Shown here in pieces: positions 38,101-49,276 of a stretch of 64,000 nucleotides of DNA; the first letter of the stretch is position 1; the number at the start of each line of letters is the position of its first letter. A program made the translations under genes and the position numbers. Below the pieces are notes generated by a model that saw only the letters and a list, made by a program, of their open reading frames with translations, was not told the origin of the DNA and did no database searches. Source of the stretch: Antedon mediterranea. Taxonomy: Eukaryota; Animalia; Echinodermata. Where the stretch lies: contig NC_092675.1 of the NCBI RefSeq assembly GCF_964355755.1, forward strand, positions 27,376,912-27,440,911, read 5' to 3'.

Positions 38101-39860
38101 CACCCCAACGCCTCGGGCCGGGAACACAATAGTATAGATTGACGTAGAATGGTCGGACATTCCAGAAATGTGCCACTTGCCCCGGCCCAGTGCGGGCAAG
38201 TACGTGTTTTAAAGCAATTTAAAATGCGTGTTTTTAGTGTTATTTTACTAAGTATTAATAGCACCACTTTTAAAGTGGCAATATGACCACACCCCGACGC
38301 CTCGGGCCGGGTACATAATAGTATGGATTGACGTAGAAAGGTCCAGACTTTCTAGAAATGTGCCACTTGCCCCGGCCCAGTGCGGGCCAGTACGTGTTTT
38401 AAAGCAATTTAAAATGCGTATTTTTAGTGTTATTTTACTAAGTATTAATAGCACCACTTTTAAAGTGGCCATATGACCACACCCCGACGCCTCGGGCCGG
38501 GTACACAATAGTATAGATTGACGCAGTATGGTCCTGGCTTTCCAGAAATGTGCCACTTGCCCCGGCCCAGTGCGGGCAAGTACGGATTTTAAAGCAATTT
38601 AAAATGCGTATTTTTAGCATTAATTTAGTAAACACCACTTTTAAAGTGGCCATATGACCACACCCCGACGCCTCGGGTTGGGTTCACAATAGTATAGATT
38701 GATGTAGAATGGTCCTGGCATTCCATAAACGTGCCACTTGCCCCGGCCCAGTGCGGGCAAGTACATGTTTGAAAGCAATTTCAACTGCGTATTTTTAGCA
38801 TTAATTTACTAAGAATTAATAGCACCACATTTAAAGTGGCCATATGACCACACCCCGACGCCTCGGGCCGGGAACACAATAGTATAGATTAACGTAGTAT
38901 GGTCCTGGCATTCCAGAAATATGCCACTTGCCCCGGCCCAGTGCGGGCAAGTACGGATTTTAAAGCAATTTAAAATGCGTATTTTTAGTGTTATTTTACT
39001 AAGTATTAATAGCACCACTTTTAAAGTGGCAATATGACCACACCCCCGACGCCTCGGGCCGGGTTCACAATAGTATGGATTGACGTAGAAAGGTCCAGAC
39101 TTTCTAGAAATGTGCCACTTGCTCCGGCCCAGTGCGGGCCAGTACGTGTTTTAAAGCAATTTAAAATGCGTATTTTTAGTGTTATTTTACTAAGTATTAA
39201 TAGCACCACTTTTAAAGTGGCCATATGACCACACCCCGACGCCTCGGGCCGGGTACACAATAGTATAGATTGACGCAGTATGGTCCTGGCTTTCCAGAAA
39301 TGTGCCACTTGCCCCGGCCCAGTGCGGGCAAGTACGGATTTTAAAGCAATTTAAAATGCGTATTTTTAGCATTAATTTAGTAAACACCACTTTTAAAGTG
39401 GCCATATGACCACACCCCGACGCCTTGGGTCGGGTTCACAATAGTATAGATTGTTGATGTAGAATGGTCCTGGCATTCCATAAACGTGCCACTTGCCCCG
39501 GCCCAGTGCGGGCAAGTACGTGTTTAAAAGCAATTTAAAATGCGTATATTTAGTGTTTTTTTTACTAAGTATTAACAGCACTACTTTTAAAGTGGCAATA
39601 TGACCACACCCCGACGCCTCGCGCCGGGTTCACAATAGTATGGATTGACGTACGTAGAATGGTCCTGAAATTCCAGAAATGTGCCACTTGCCCCGGACCA
39701 GTGCGGGCAAGTACGTGTTTTAAAGCTATTTAAAATGCGTATTTTTAGCATTAATTTAGTAAACGCCACTTTTAAAGTGGCCATATGACCACACCCCGAC
39801 GCCTCGGGCCGGGTACACAATAGTATAGATTGACGTAGTATGGTCCTGACTTTCCAGAAA
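35114..39860 (-). repeat. 181/190-bp satellite, block A2 (about 25 units, with higher-order repeats)
   Basis: Unit spacing 190 and 180/181 nt; identical ORF pairs 1498 nt apart (35821/37319) and 752 nt apart (38438/39190). Confidence 0.95.
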
Positions 39861-39869
39861 CACTTTAAA

Positions 39870-41377
39870 GTGCTTTAAAACACGTACTTGCCCGCACTGG
39901 GCCGGGGCAAGTGGCACATTTATGGAATGCCAGGACCATACTACGTCAATCTATACTATTGTGAACCCGGCCCGAGGCGTCGGGGTGTGGTCATATTGCC
40001 ACTTTAAAAGTGGTGCTATTAATACTTAGTAAAAAACACTAAAAATACGCATTTTAAATTGCTTTAAAACACGTACTCGCCCGCACCAGGCCGGGGCAAG
40101 TGGTACATTTCTGGAATGCCAGGACCATACTACGTCAATCTATACTATCGTGAACCCGACCCGAGGCGTCGGTGTGTGGTCATAATGGCCAGTTTAAAAG
40201 TGGTGTTTACTAAATTAATGCTAAAAATACGCATTTTAAATTGCTATAAAATCCGTACTTGCCCGCACTGGGCCGGGGCAAGTGGAACATTTCTGGAATG
40301 CCAGGATCATACTACGTCAATCTATATTATTGTGTACCCGGCCCGAGGCGTCGGGGTGTGGTCATATGGCCACTTTAAATGTGGTGCTATTAATTCTTAG
40401 TAAATTAATGCTAAAAATACGCATTTTAAATTGCTTTAAAACACGTACTTGCCAACACTGGGCCGGGGCAAGTGGCACATTTATGGAATGCCAGGACCAT
40501 TCTACATCAATCTATACTATTGTGAACCCGACCCGGGGCGTCGGGGTGTGGTCATATGGCCACTTTAAAAGTGGTGTTTACTAAATTAATGCTAAAAATA
40601 CGCATTTTAAATTGCTTTAAAATCCGTACTTGCCCGCACTGGGCCGGGGCAAGTGGCACATTTCTGGAAAGCCAGGACACTACTACGTCAATCTATACTA
40701 TTGTGTACCCGACCTGAGGCGTTGGGGTGTGGTCATACGGCCACTTTAAAAGTGGTGCTATTATAATACTTAGTAAAATAACACTAAAAAGACGCATTTT
40801 AAATTGCTTTAAAACCCCTACTTGCCCACACTGGGCCGGGGCAAGTGGCACATTTCTGGAATGCCAGGACCATACTACGTCAATCTATACTATTGTGTAC
40901 CCGGTCCGAGGCGTCGGGGTGTGGTCATATGGCCACTTTAAAAGTTGTGTTTACTAAAAATGCTAAAAATACGCATTTTATATTGCTTTAAAATCCGTAC
41001 TTGCCCGCACTGGGCCGGGGCAAGTGGCATATTTCTGGAATGCCAGGACAGTACTACGTCAATCTATACTATTGTGTACCAGGCCCGAGGGGCCGGGGTG
41101 TGGTCATATTATGGCCACTTTAAATGTGGTGCTATTAATTCTTAGTAAATTAATGCTAAAAATACGCATTTGAAATTGCTTTTAAATACGTACTTGCCCG
41201 CACTGGGCCGGGGCAAGTGGCACATTTCTGGAAAGCCAGGACCATACTACGTCAATCTATACTATTGTGTACCCGGCCCGAGGCGTCGGGGTGTGGTCAT
41301 ATTGCCACTTTAAAAGTGGTGCTTTTAATACTTAGTAAAATAACACTAAAAATACGCATTTTAAATTGCTTTAAAAC
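39870..41377 (+). repeat. 181/190-bp satellite, block B1 (about 8 units, opposite orientation)
   Basis: Reverse-complement units begin after cactttaaagtg. Confidence 0.95.
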
Positions 41378-41634
41378 CCTTCACTTTATAATTGAAACCT
41401 TTCCTGAATAAAATCGACACGCCTGCACTAGTCGAGTTATTAATACTATGTACACAATCACCTTTCCAAATCGATTTGAATTTTTTAAATAAATCTTGTG
41501 TAAGATGTGTTTCCTGTAACAGTACCACATCCGTTTTTTGATCTTTACACCATTTTTTCAATTTGTAATTGCTTGGTATTATCACGCAAACCTCGTATAT
41601 TTAACGAGATACAATGAAAATTTGAATTAAACAT
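41378..41634 (-). pseudogene. LINE ORF2 apurinic-type endonuclease N-terminus, frameshifted and truncated
   Basis: MFNSNFHCISLNIRGLRD, then after a frameshift KKWCKDQKTDVVLLQETHL...SAGVSILFRK. Confidence 0.85.
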
Positions 41635-41742
41635 TGATCGGTTTATTTAAAGAACCATTGGTAATTATACATACACACATTAATACCAGTATTAAAGGAA
41701 AATAGCGAAAGTAGCATGCACAACTATTATAGTATAACACTC

Positions 41743-42747
41743 TCACTTTTCTATAGTTACTTGTTTTTTACTTTTACCGGATTTTCTTCTTCTCTTTGAG
41801 CCTGGCAAGGTAGGAGAGATGTTTTCCTCGTCATCCTTTTGTTCGTTGGTGTTAATCACTTTTCCCTTTACCTTCTTCTCGCTGGTTGAGGCTTGTTTAA
41901 GGAAGTCCGTGATCTTGCCTTGCTTCTCTTGAAGTTCATGCCTTTCACTTTCTTCCTTGTCTTCCTCTTCACTGCCTGTACTTTCCTCCGAGCTTGAAAC
42001 TTCTTCATTAATAATTTCTTTGTTTTCATGTGTGTTAGCATCTTTCGTATTGTTCTTAACGATGACACGTTCCCACATATCTTGAATTAGTTGTTCTCCA
42101 GAGTCGTTAAGTAATAACTTTTCCGCACTGCACTCATCTTTTCTATGCCCTTCTAATCCACATGCCATGCATACGATGTTATTTGAACATTTGGATGCAT
42201 TATGACCGATCTTTAAACACCTTGAGCATTTGATCCTTTCATCTGTTTGCCCATTGTGGAAGAGCCTAACTTTAAAGTCATTTATGCTCAGGAATCTTGG
42301 TAATGGTGCTTGTAATTTGTCAACGTAAAACATCCGATCGCCATTCAGACAACTAGTGAGTTGCCCATCAACCCTTATCTTCATACGTTGAATGTCGCCT
42401 TTTATTTTAACGTTAAAACGTATCAAGGATTTCCGTATTTCGTCATCCGCTACCGAGAGCGGCAAATCTTTCACTGTGACTCTGATAGAGTCTATATCGT
42501 ATTGTAGGTATGGATTTTTATCATATATTTGTATGTTCCTACCTTTAATATTCAGTCCCGTTGTTATCAGCTTTACTCTATCTTCTTGGCAATTTATGTA
42601 TAATCTCCACAAATTCTTGATCCTTTGTATTCCAGTAATATTTCGACTTTCAACACACTTCATCAGTACCTTATAAATATCTTGTGGTTCAACATATTTA
42701 TCACTGACAGTATTTACTTCGTCTACTTTCATGAATACCGGTTTCAC
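41743..42747 (-). CDS. LINE ORF1 gag-like protein with two CCHC zinc knuckles (N-terminus, probable ATG 44821, separated by an insertion)
   Basis: CSRCLKIGHNASKC and CMACGLEGHRKDEC; RVTVKDLPLSV and NGDRMFY motifs; charged tail. Confidence 0.85.
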   Translation of the reverse strand: MKPVFMKVDEVNTVSDKYVEPQDIYKVLMKCVESRNITGIQRIKNLWRLYINCQEDRVKLITTGLNIKGRNIQIYDKNPYLQYDIDSIRVTVKDLPLSVADDEIRKSLIRFNVKIKGDIQRMKIRVDGQLTSCLNGDRMFYVDKLQAPLPRFLSINDFKVRLFHNGQTDERIKCSRCLKIGHNASKCSNNIVCMACGLEGHRKDECSAEKLLLNDSGEQLIQDMWERVIVKNNTKDANTHENKEIINEEVSSSEESTGSEEEDKEESERHELQEKQGKITDFLKQASTSEKKVKGKVINTNEQKDDEENISPTLPGSKRRRKSGKSKKQVTIEK

Positions 42748-42758
42748 TGGATCGCCGG

Positions 42759-44749
42759 GAGCGAAATTTTCCCTACTCGTCAGATAAGGCAGAAATCATG
42801 AATAATTCATTACCTTAATTATTTTCTATTATAAAGAATTGCAAGATAGCTGATCTACTTCCTAAATGTACTAAACCTAACCCTCTAAATAATCTCTCTC
42901 AACTATTTAAAAAAAACATGTTCCTGAAAGACCTCGAACCGAGGGCTCCAGCGTAATAGGTTAAAGCAGTGGTGGCGCCAGCGGGGGGGCTACGGGGGCT
43001 CTAGCCCCCTCGTCGGGGAGCCTAGCCCCCCCGTCGGGGAACACGGGTACTTTTTGTCGGGGAATATAATATACAGTAAAAAACGTTCGCGTTCACTTCA
43101 TATAGCTTCAGCGCCTAGAAAACCACGACGTTCCATTGACCGTGAGAGTACGTCAGAGGGCTATTATGCAATTTTATGCATTCATTTATTGCCAGCGATC
43201 TAACTTACTACTAAACATTAGCTAGGTACGCAGTTGTCTGGCGGTATCCCTTTGTACGAATCGTTCAACGTTGGGTCGAGACGCGTGATATCAAGTTCCA
43301 TCCAGGGACCAAAATGTGTAATGTAGTTATTTTCCAGGCGAAGTTTACCGACGGTTACCGAAGGAAACACGGGTACTTTTTGTCGGGGAATATAATATAC
43401 AGTAAAAAGCGTTCGCGTTCACTTCGTAGCTAGCTTCAGCGCCTAGAAAACCGCGACGTTTCATTGACCGTGAGAGAGTACGTCAGAGTGATATTATGCA
43501 CTTTATAAGCACTCATTATTGCCAGCGATCTAACTTACTACTAAACAATAGCTAGGTTCGCTCTCGTCTGGCGGTATCCCTTTGTACGAATCGTTCAACG
43601 TTGGGTCGAGACGCGTGATATCATGTTCCATCCAGGGACCAAAATGTGTACTGTAGTTATTTTCCAGGCGAAGTTTACTGACGGTTACGTCGTGTACTGC
43701 GTCGACGTACGCTACACTACAGCAAAAACGAATTATGTTAATTGTTCGTATGTTCACCAATTTTTTTAATTTACAAGTAACATTCTGTACCGTGGGGCAC
43801 CTAAAATAAATTTTTCATCCATTACTAAACAAAAAAACATGCCATTTTCGCTTAGCCAACATCTTATTATAGCTAAGTTATTACATTTTCAATGTCCTGT
43901 ATGTCATGAATTTCTCACCACTCGGAAGTCCAGATGGTACGCACGCATACACTTGGGAGGAATAAACTTATTTCCCCGACTGAAAAAGGTCTACGCTTGC
44001 GTTTTTTAAGCCTCTATGCCTGATGTTTCCGAAGTATCAAATGCAATTTTTTGAAGACCTGCAGCTCTAGTTTTAAACAGTTTCTTAGCTCAGCCCCAAC
44101 AATAAAGCTGGTCATATTTCGAACCTAACGGGACCTAACATCTCTATTTTTCAAACATTTCTTAGCTCAGTCACAACCTTGATAGGGACTTATATATTTT
44201 ATTTCATGTTTTGAAGTATAATAAGTCCAATTTCCGGGACCTCCAACTCTATTTTTCTAAATTTTCTTTGAACTTTTATTTTTTAAATTGAAAAATATGG
44301 ATTGAAACAGTCATCGCGCATCGTTTTTTTGCACGCAGTATTTTATTTATGCATTATAAAAAATGGAAAAAATGGCTACCCTAAATCTGATTAAAATGAC
44401 CTCAAATGACGCTAGAACGCGTTGCTTCCGGGGGCTTCGCCCCCTGGACCCCCACCGGGAGCCCTTGGCGGCCCCCTGGCCCCCAGCCTAGTGATGCTCG
44501 CTTCGCTCGCATAGCCCCCTCGTCGGGGAATGTAGCCCCCGCGTCGGGAAGATCCTGGCGCCACCCCTGGGTTAAAGCCTTTACCACTAGACCAAACATT
44601 TCGGTTGGCAAACGCTGTGTACACAAATTATTTAATATCTCTGTATGCTTATATAGCGCCCTCTCTAATGTGGCATATTATGTAATAATTATTCTAATGA
44701 ATTATTCATGAAATCTGCCTTATCTGACGAGTAAAGAAAATTTCGCGTC
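42759..44749. mobile_element. Non-autonomous TIR element (Sola2- or MULE-like) inserted in LINE ORF1
   Basis: ~55-bp TIR gcgaaatttt...tactcgtcagataaggcaga..tcatgaataattcatta; ccgg(g) duplicated on both flanks, exact TSD length ambiguous. Confidence 0.7.
42967..44569. mobile_element. hAT-like non-autonomous element with an internal ~320-bp tandem duplication
   Basis: cagtggtggcgccag ... ctggcgccacccctg; perfect 8-bp TSD ggttaaag; subterminal tagcccccc.cgtcgggga repeats. Confidence 0.9.
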
Positions 44750-45021
44750 CCGGGATGCCGCGTCTTTGATCACATGATCTGAAGGCGCGTTTTTCGAGTG
44801 ACTAGGCCGATTCGTCGTCATTTTTTTTTTCAAAGCTCAGAATTCTGGTTAATTCCCAAACAAATAAAAAATACGCCTTACCTGGTTGTACACTTATACT
44901 GTGAAATACTTTAGATTCAATATATCACAACATTCAAGCAAAAAAAACCGATATTTTTAGTAAGGTTTTGCCGAGCTGATACACGTATACGTCTCCATAG
45001 AGAAAAGTATATCGCCCTCTC

Positions 45022-47151
45022 CAATCTATACTATAATGTACCCGGTCCGAGGCGTCGGGGTGTGGTCATATGGCCACTTTAAAAGTGGTGCTATTAATAC
45101 TTAGTAAAATAACAATAAAAATACGCATTTTAAATTGCTTTAAAACACGTACTTGCCCGCACCAGGCCGGGGCGCGAGGGGCAAGTGGTACATTTCTGGA
45201 TCAATGCCAGGACCATACTACGTCAATCTATACTATCGTGAACCTGACCCGAGGCGTCGGTGTGTGGTCATAATGGCCACTTTAAAAGTGGTGTTTACTA
45301 AATTAATGCTAAAAATACGCATTTTAAATTGCTTTAAAATCCGTACTTGCCCGCACTGGGCCGGGGCAAGTGGCACATTTCTGGAATGCCAGGACCATTC
45401 TACGTCAATCTATACTATTTTGTTCCCGGCCCGAGGCGTTGGGGTGTGGTCATATGGCCACTTTAAAAGTGGTGCTATTAATTCTTAGTAAATTAATGCT
45501 AAAAATACGCATTTGAAATTGCTTTTAAACACGTACTTGCCCGCACTGGGCCGGGGCAAGAGGCACATTTCTGGAAAGTCAGGACCATACTACGTCAATC
45601 TATACTATTGTGTACCCGGCCCGAGGCGTCGGGGTGTGGTCATATGGCCACTTTAAAAGTGGTGCTATTAATACTTAGTAAAATAACACTAAAAATACGC
45701 ATTTTAAATTGCTTTAAAACACGTACTTGCCCGCACTGGGCCGGGGCAAGTGGCACATTTCTGGAATGCCAGGACCATACTACGTCAACCTATATTATTG
45801 TGTACCCGGCCCGAGGCGTCGGGGTGTGGTCATATGGCCACTTTAAAAGTGGTGCTATTAATACTTAGTAAAATAACACTAAAAATACGCATTTTAAATT
45901 GCTTTAAAATCCGTACTTGCCCGCACTGGGCCGGGGCAAGTGGCATATTTCTAGAATGCCAGGACCATACTACGTTAATCTATACTATTGTGTTCCCGGC
46001 CCGAGGCGTCGGGGTGTGGTCATATGGCCACTTTAAATGTGGTGCTATTAATTCTTAGTAAATTAATGCTAAAAATACGCATTTGAAATTGCTTTTAAAC
46101 ACGTACTTGCCCGCACTGGGCCGGGGCAAGTGGCACATTTCTGGAAAGCCAGGACCATACTAAGTCAATCTATACTATTGTGTACCCGGCCCGAGGCGTC
46201 GGGGTGTGGTCATATGGCCACTTTAAAAGTGGTGTTTACTAAATTAATGCTAAAAATACGCATTTTAAATTGCTTTAAAATCCGTACTTGTCCGCACTGG
46301 GCCGGGGCAAGTGGCACATTTCTGGAATGCCAGGACCATTCTACGTCAATCTATACTATTGTGTTCCCGGCCCGAGGCGTTGGGGTGTGGTCATATGGCC
46401 ACTTTAAAAGTGGTGCTATTAATTCTTAGTAAATTAATGCTAAAAATACGCATTTGAAATTGCTTTTAAACACATACTTGCCCGCACTGGGCCGGGGCAA
46501 GTGGCACATTTCTGGAAAGTCAGGACCATACTACGTCAATCTATACTATTGTGTACCCGGCCCGAGGCGTCGGGGTGTGGTCATATGGCCACTTTAAAAG
46601 TGGTGTTTACTAAATTAATGCTAAAAATACGCATTTTAAATTGCTTTAAAATCCGTACTTGCCCGCACTGGGCCTGGGCAAGTGGCATATTTCTGGAATG
46701 CCAGGACCATACTACGTCAATCTATACTATTGTGTTCCCGGCCCGAGGCGTCGGGGTGTGGTCATATGGCCACTTTAAATGTGGTGCTATTAATTCTTAG
46801 TAAATTAATGCTAAAAATACGCATTTGAAATTGCTTTTAAACACTTACTTGCCCGCACTGGGCCGGGGCAAGTGGCACATTTATGGAATGCCAGGACCAT
46901 TCTACATCAATCTATACTATTGTGAACCCGACTTGAGGCGTCGAGGTGTGGTCATATGGCCACTTTAAAAGTGGTGCTATTAATTCTTAGTAAATTTTTG
47001 CTAAAAATACGCATTTGAAATTGCTTTAAAACACGTACTTGCCCGCACTGGGCCGGGGCAAGTGGCACATTTCTGGAATGCCAGGACCATACTACGTCAA
47101 TCTATACTATTGTGTACTCGACGCGAGGCGTCGGTGTGTGGTCATATGGCC
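45022..47151 (+). repeat. 181/190-bp satellite, block B2 (about 11-12 units)
   Basis: Same unit in + orientation. Confidence 0.95.
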
Positions 47152-47372
47152 AGTTGACCAGTTGAAAAACCAGTTGACCAGTTTGAAAAACCAGTTGACC
47201 AGTTGAAAAACCAGTTGACCAGTTGAAAAACCAGTTGACCAGTTGGAAAAACCAGTTGACCAGTTGGAAAAACCAGTTAGACCAGTTGAAAAACCAGTTG
47301 ACCAGTTGTTAAAACCAGTTGAACCAGTTGGAAACCAGTTAGACCAGTTGAAGACCAGTTGGACCAGTTGAA
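47150..47372 (+). repeat. Right subterminal (ccagttgaccagttgaaaaa)n array
   Basis: More than 20 ccagtt motifs running into the right TIR. Confidence 0.9.
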
Positions 47373-48316
47373 ATTTCCAACTGTTCTCAACTGGAATTTT
47401 TACCTGGGAGAATTCACTTTTAATTCACAAACCTTAAGGCTAATCCTCGAAACCAATAGGTTTAGACATGGCTTATCAAGTGGAAAGTTGGTTTGGGCTG
47501 CCTTGGGCTGCTAGGCAGCCTCTGTTACTAAATCTACCCCTAAATAATGGAAATAATGATAAAGTAAGATTAGTTCTTGTAGTTCTATTTAGTGTAAACT
47601 TACATTTATTCTGTTCTGGTTTCCACTTTCCGATCCCCTGTTGTGTTGGAATATCCTACTCAACAAGGAATCTGTTCTTTATAACCACCTAACAAATTTA
47701 GGTCAAGGACATAAAAAGATAGATGACAATCTATTATAATTATGATATTGGAAAATACGCCTACAAAGATATTTTGGCATTTTTGGAATGACCACACCTA
47801 ATTTAATCTAAACAATTTAAGGAAAATTATAGACATAGCAATGAAAATGTTACATATAGGTTTCAATTTCAATTTTTTTATTTAAAATCCTTTTATTTTT
47901 TTCAATCAAATAAAAATGTTTAAGTGTTTCAAGTGGCAGATTTCTTTCTGTAGTTATTTTTTTGTTTTAAAAATACAATAAATAAATAAATAATAATAAA
48001 TAAATAAATTTTTTTTTAAAATAAGAAAATACCCAAAAGGCAGAAGTAAAGTTAAGTTAGTTTCATTAAAACTAAATTAGTTTATTTTAAGTATGTCACT
48101 GAGTATAACTAAAGTAATTTCAAAATAATAGCTGTGATAATGATGATTTTGATATAGATTTTCTGAGTAAAACCATGGAGTAATTACTCCATGGTAAAAC
48201 TATCTACCCTCTTGCTTAGTGAGTAAGGGAACATATTCAATATCTTATCCCAGCTTATCATATTTTCGTTAAAGTTGAGACTTTTATTGCAATTTATGTA
48301 TTGTTGAGGTGGTACT

Positions 48317-49276
48317 TATGTTGCATAAGTCCCTGGATAATTCCCAGGGTAGTTATTCTGTTCTTTATAGATTCAACATTAGTTTAATGGAATTGGTTTA
48401 CCATTTTACAATTGGATTTTAGCATGTTTCCATTTTAATCATATTTGGTTGAAAAATATGGAAAATTAAATTTCTGACTTAATGATTACAGTACAGCCTG
48501 GGTTTGAGTGTGTGTTACTGTTATCGTCAATTAGGGATGATTTCTATATATGGGTATTTTTGCTTATAAAGATATTAAGAAGATGATTAAAAATGTAGGG
48601 AAGATGGTACACTGCATCATTGGATAGTTCAATTACCATTGCATTATGCGCACTGGATTTTATAACTAACTGAGTGGCCAGCAAGTTTGACCAGAATATG
48701 TCCAATGTAAAACCTTTCATTTAACTTGGTCAACTACCCAAGCTAACTCAGCTACACTTAGTACTGGAGTTAATAGAAAACTTTCGATTTGCAACGACCG
48801 AGGACCGATGACCAACCTAGGTCAGGTCAATTGATGTATCGTCGGTCGTCTGGACCTAGAAAACATATCAAAGTTGTGTCAAGGTGGAGATAGAGGAAAC
48901 ATTTCCCCAATATTTCCGCATGCGCACAAAATTAACTAACATGACATATTTTTACAGATCGAAAGCTCCTGATTGTTCCACCAGGGCCATGATTCAATTA
49001 TTAGTAGCGTACAAACGCGAGTCTATTGCTCACTATGTCGGTCGGTTGGTCAGTCAGTTGGTCGGTAAACACTAACTCAAATTTGAGCACGCGACTGCAG
49101 CCATGTATATGGCCTTGTTAAGTATGTTACTTACTTTCAATTATACGAACTACAATAACTAATTGAAGAATTATGAATTTATAGTAGTTAGAATTTCATT
49201 ACCCTACATTTGGGTTGAAGATTTCATCATAAAAATATATAGGAAAATACGTCGGTAATAGTCAGTAATAAATGCT
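48317..49276 (+). repeat. ~940-bp dispersed repeat, copy 2
   Basis: Direct copy of 5987-6930 with scattered substitutions and two small insertions. Confidence 0.9.

Larger units (their letters stand above)
41378..45021 (-). mobile_element. L1/Tx1-type LINE, 5' part only (5'UTR, ORF1, start of ORF2), carrying nested insertions
   Basis: Zinc-knuckle ORF1 followed by an APE endonuclease start; 5' end gagagggcgatatacttttctc abuts the satellite at 45022. Confidence 0.85.
15634..47408. mobile_element. CCCAG-terminated TIR element (CMC/EnSpm-like, non-autonomous) enclosing the whole nested region
   Basis: Left end cccaggtaaaaattccagttgaagaccagttgggaaattt matches the reverse complement of 47371-47408; 2-bp TSD AG on both sides; ccagttg subterminal repeats at both ends. 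Confidence 0.7.

Noticed and set aside
44402-44711. GC-rich ORFs on both strands
   Set aside because: Subterminal GC-rich region of the hAT-like element; no protein motif
20332-46800. Many similar ORFs (MATLKVV..., MAHFWNART...) in the satellite
   Set aside because: By-products of a tandem repeat with 181/190-nt units (not multiples of 3); frames shift each unit and no domain is recognisable
35114-47151. Satellite as a CRISPR-like array
   Set aside because: Whole units repeat with no unique spacers, there are no cas genes, and the context is eukaryotic
5987-49276. Paired LTRs of a giant retrotransposon
   Set aside because: No shared TG..CA right end, TSD, PBS/PPT or gag-pol between the copies
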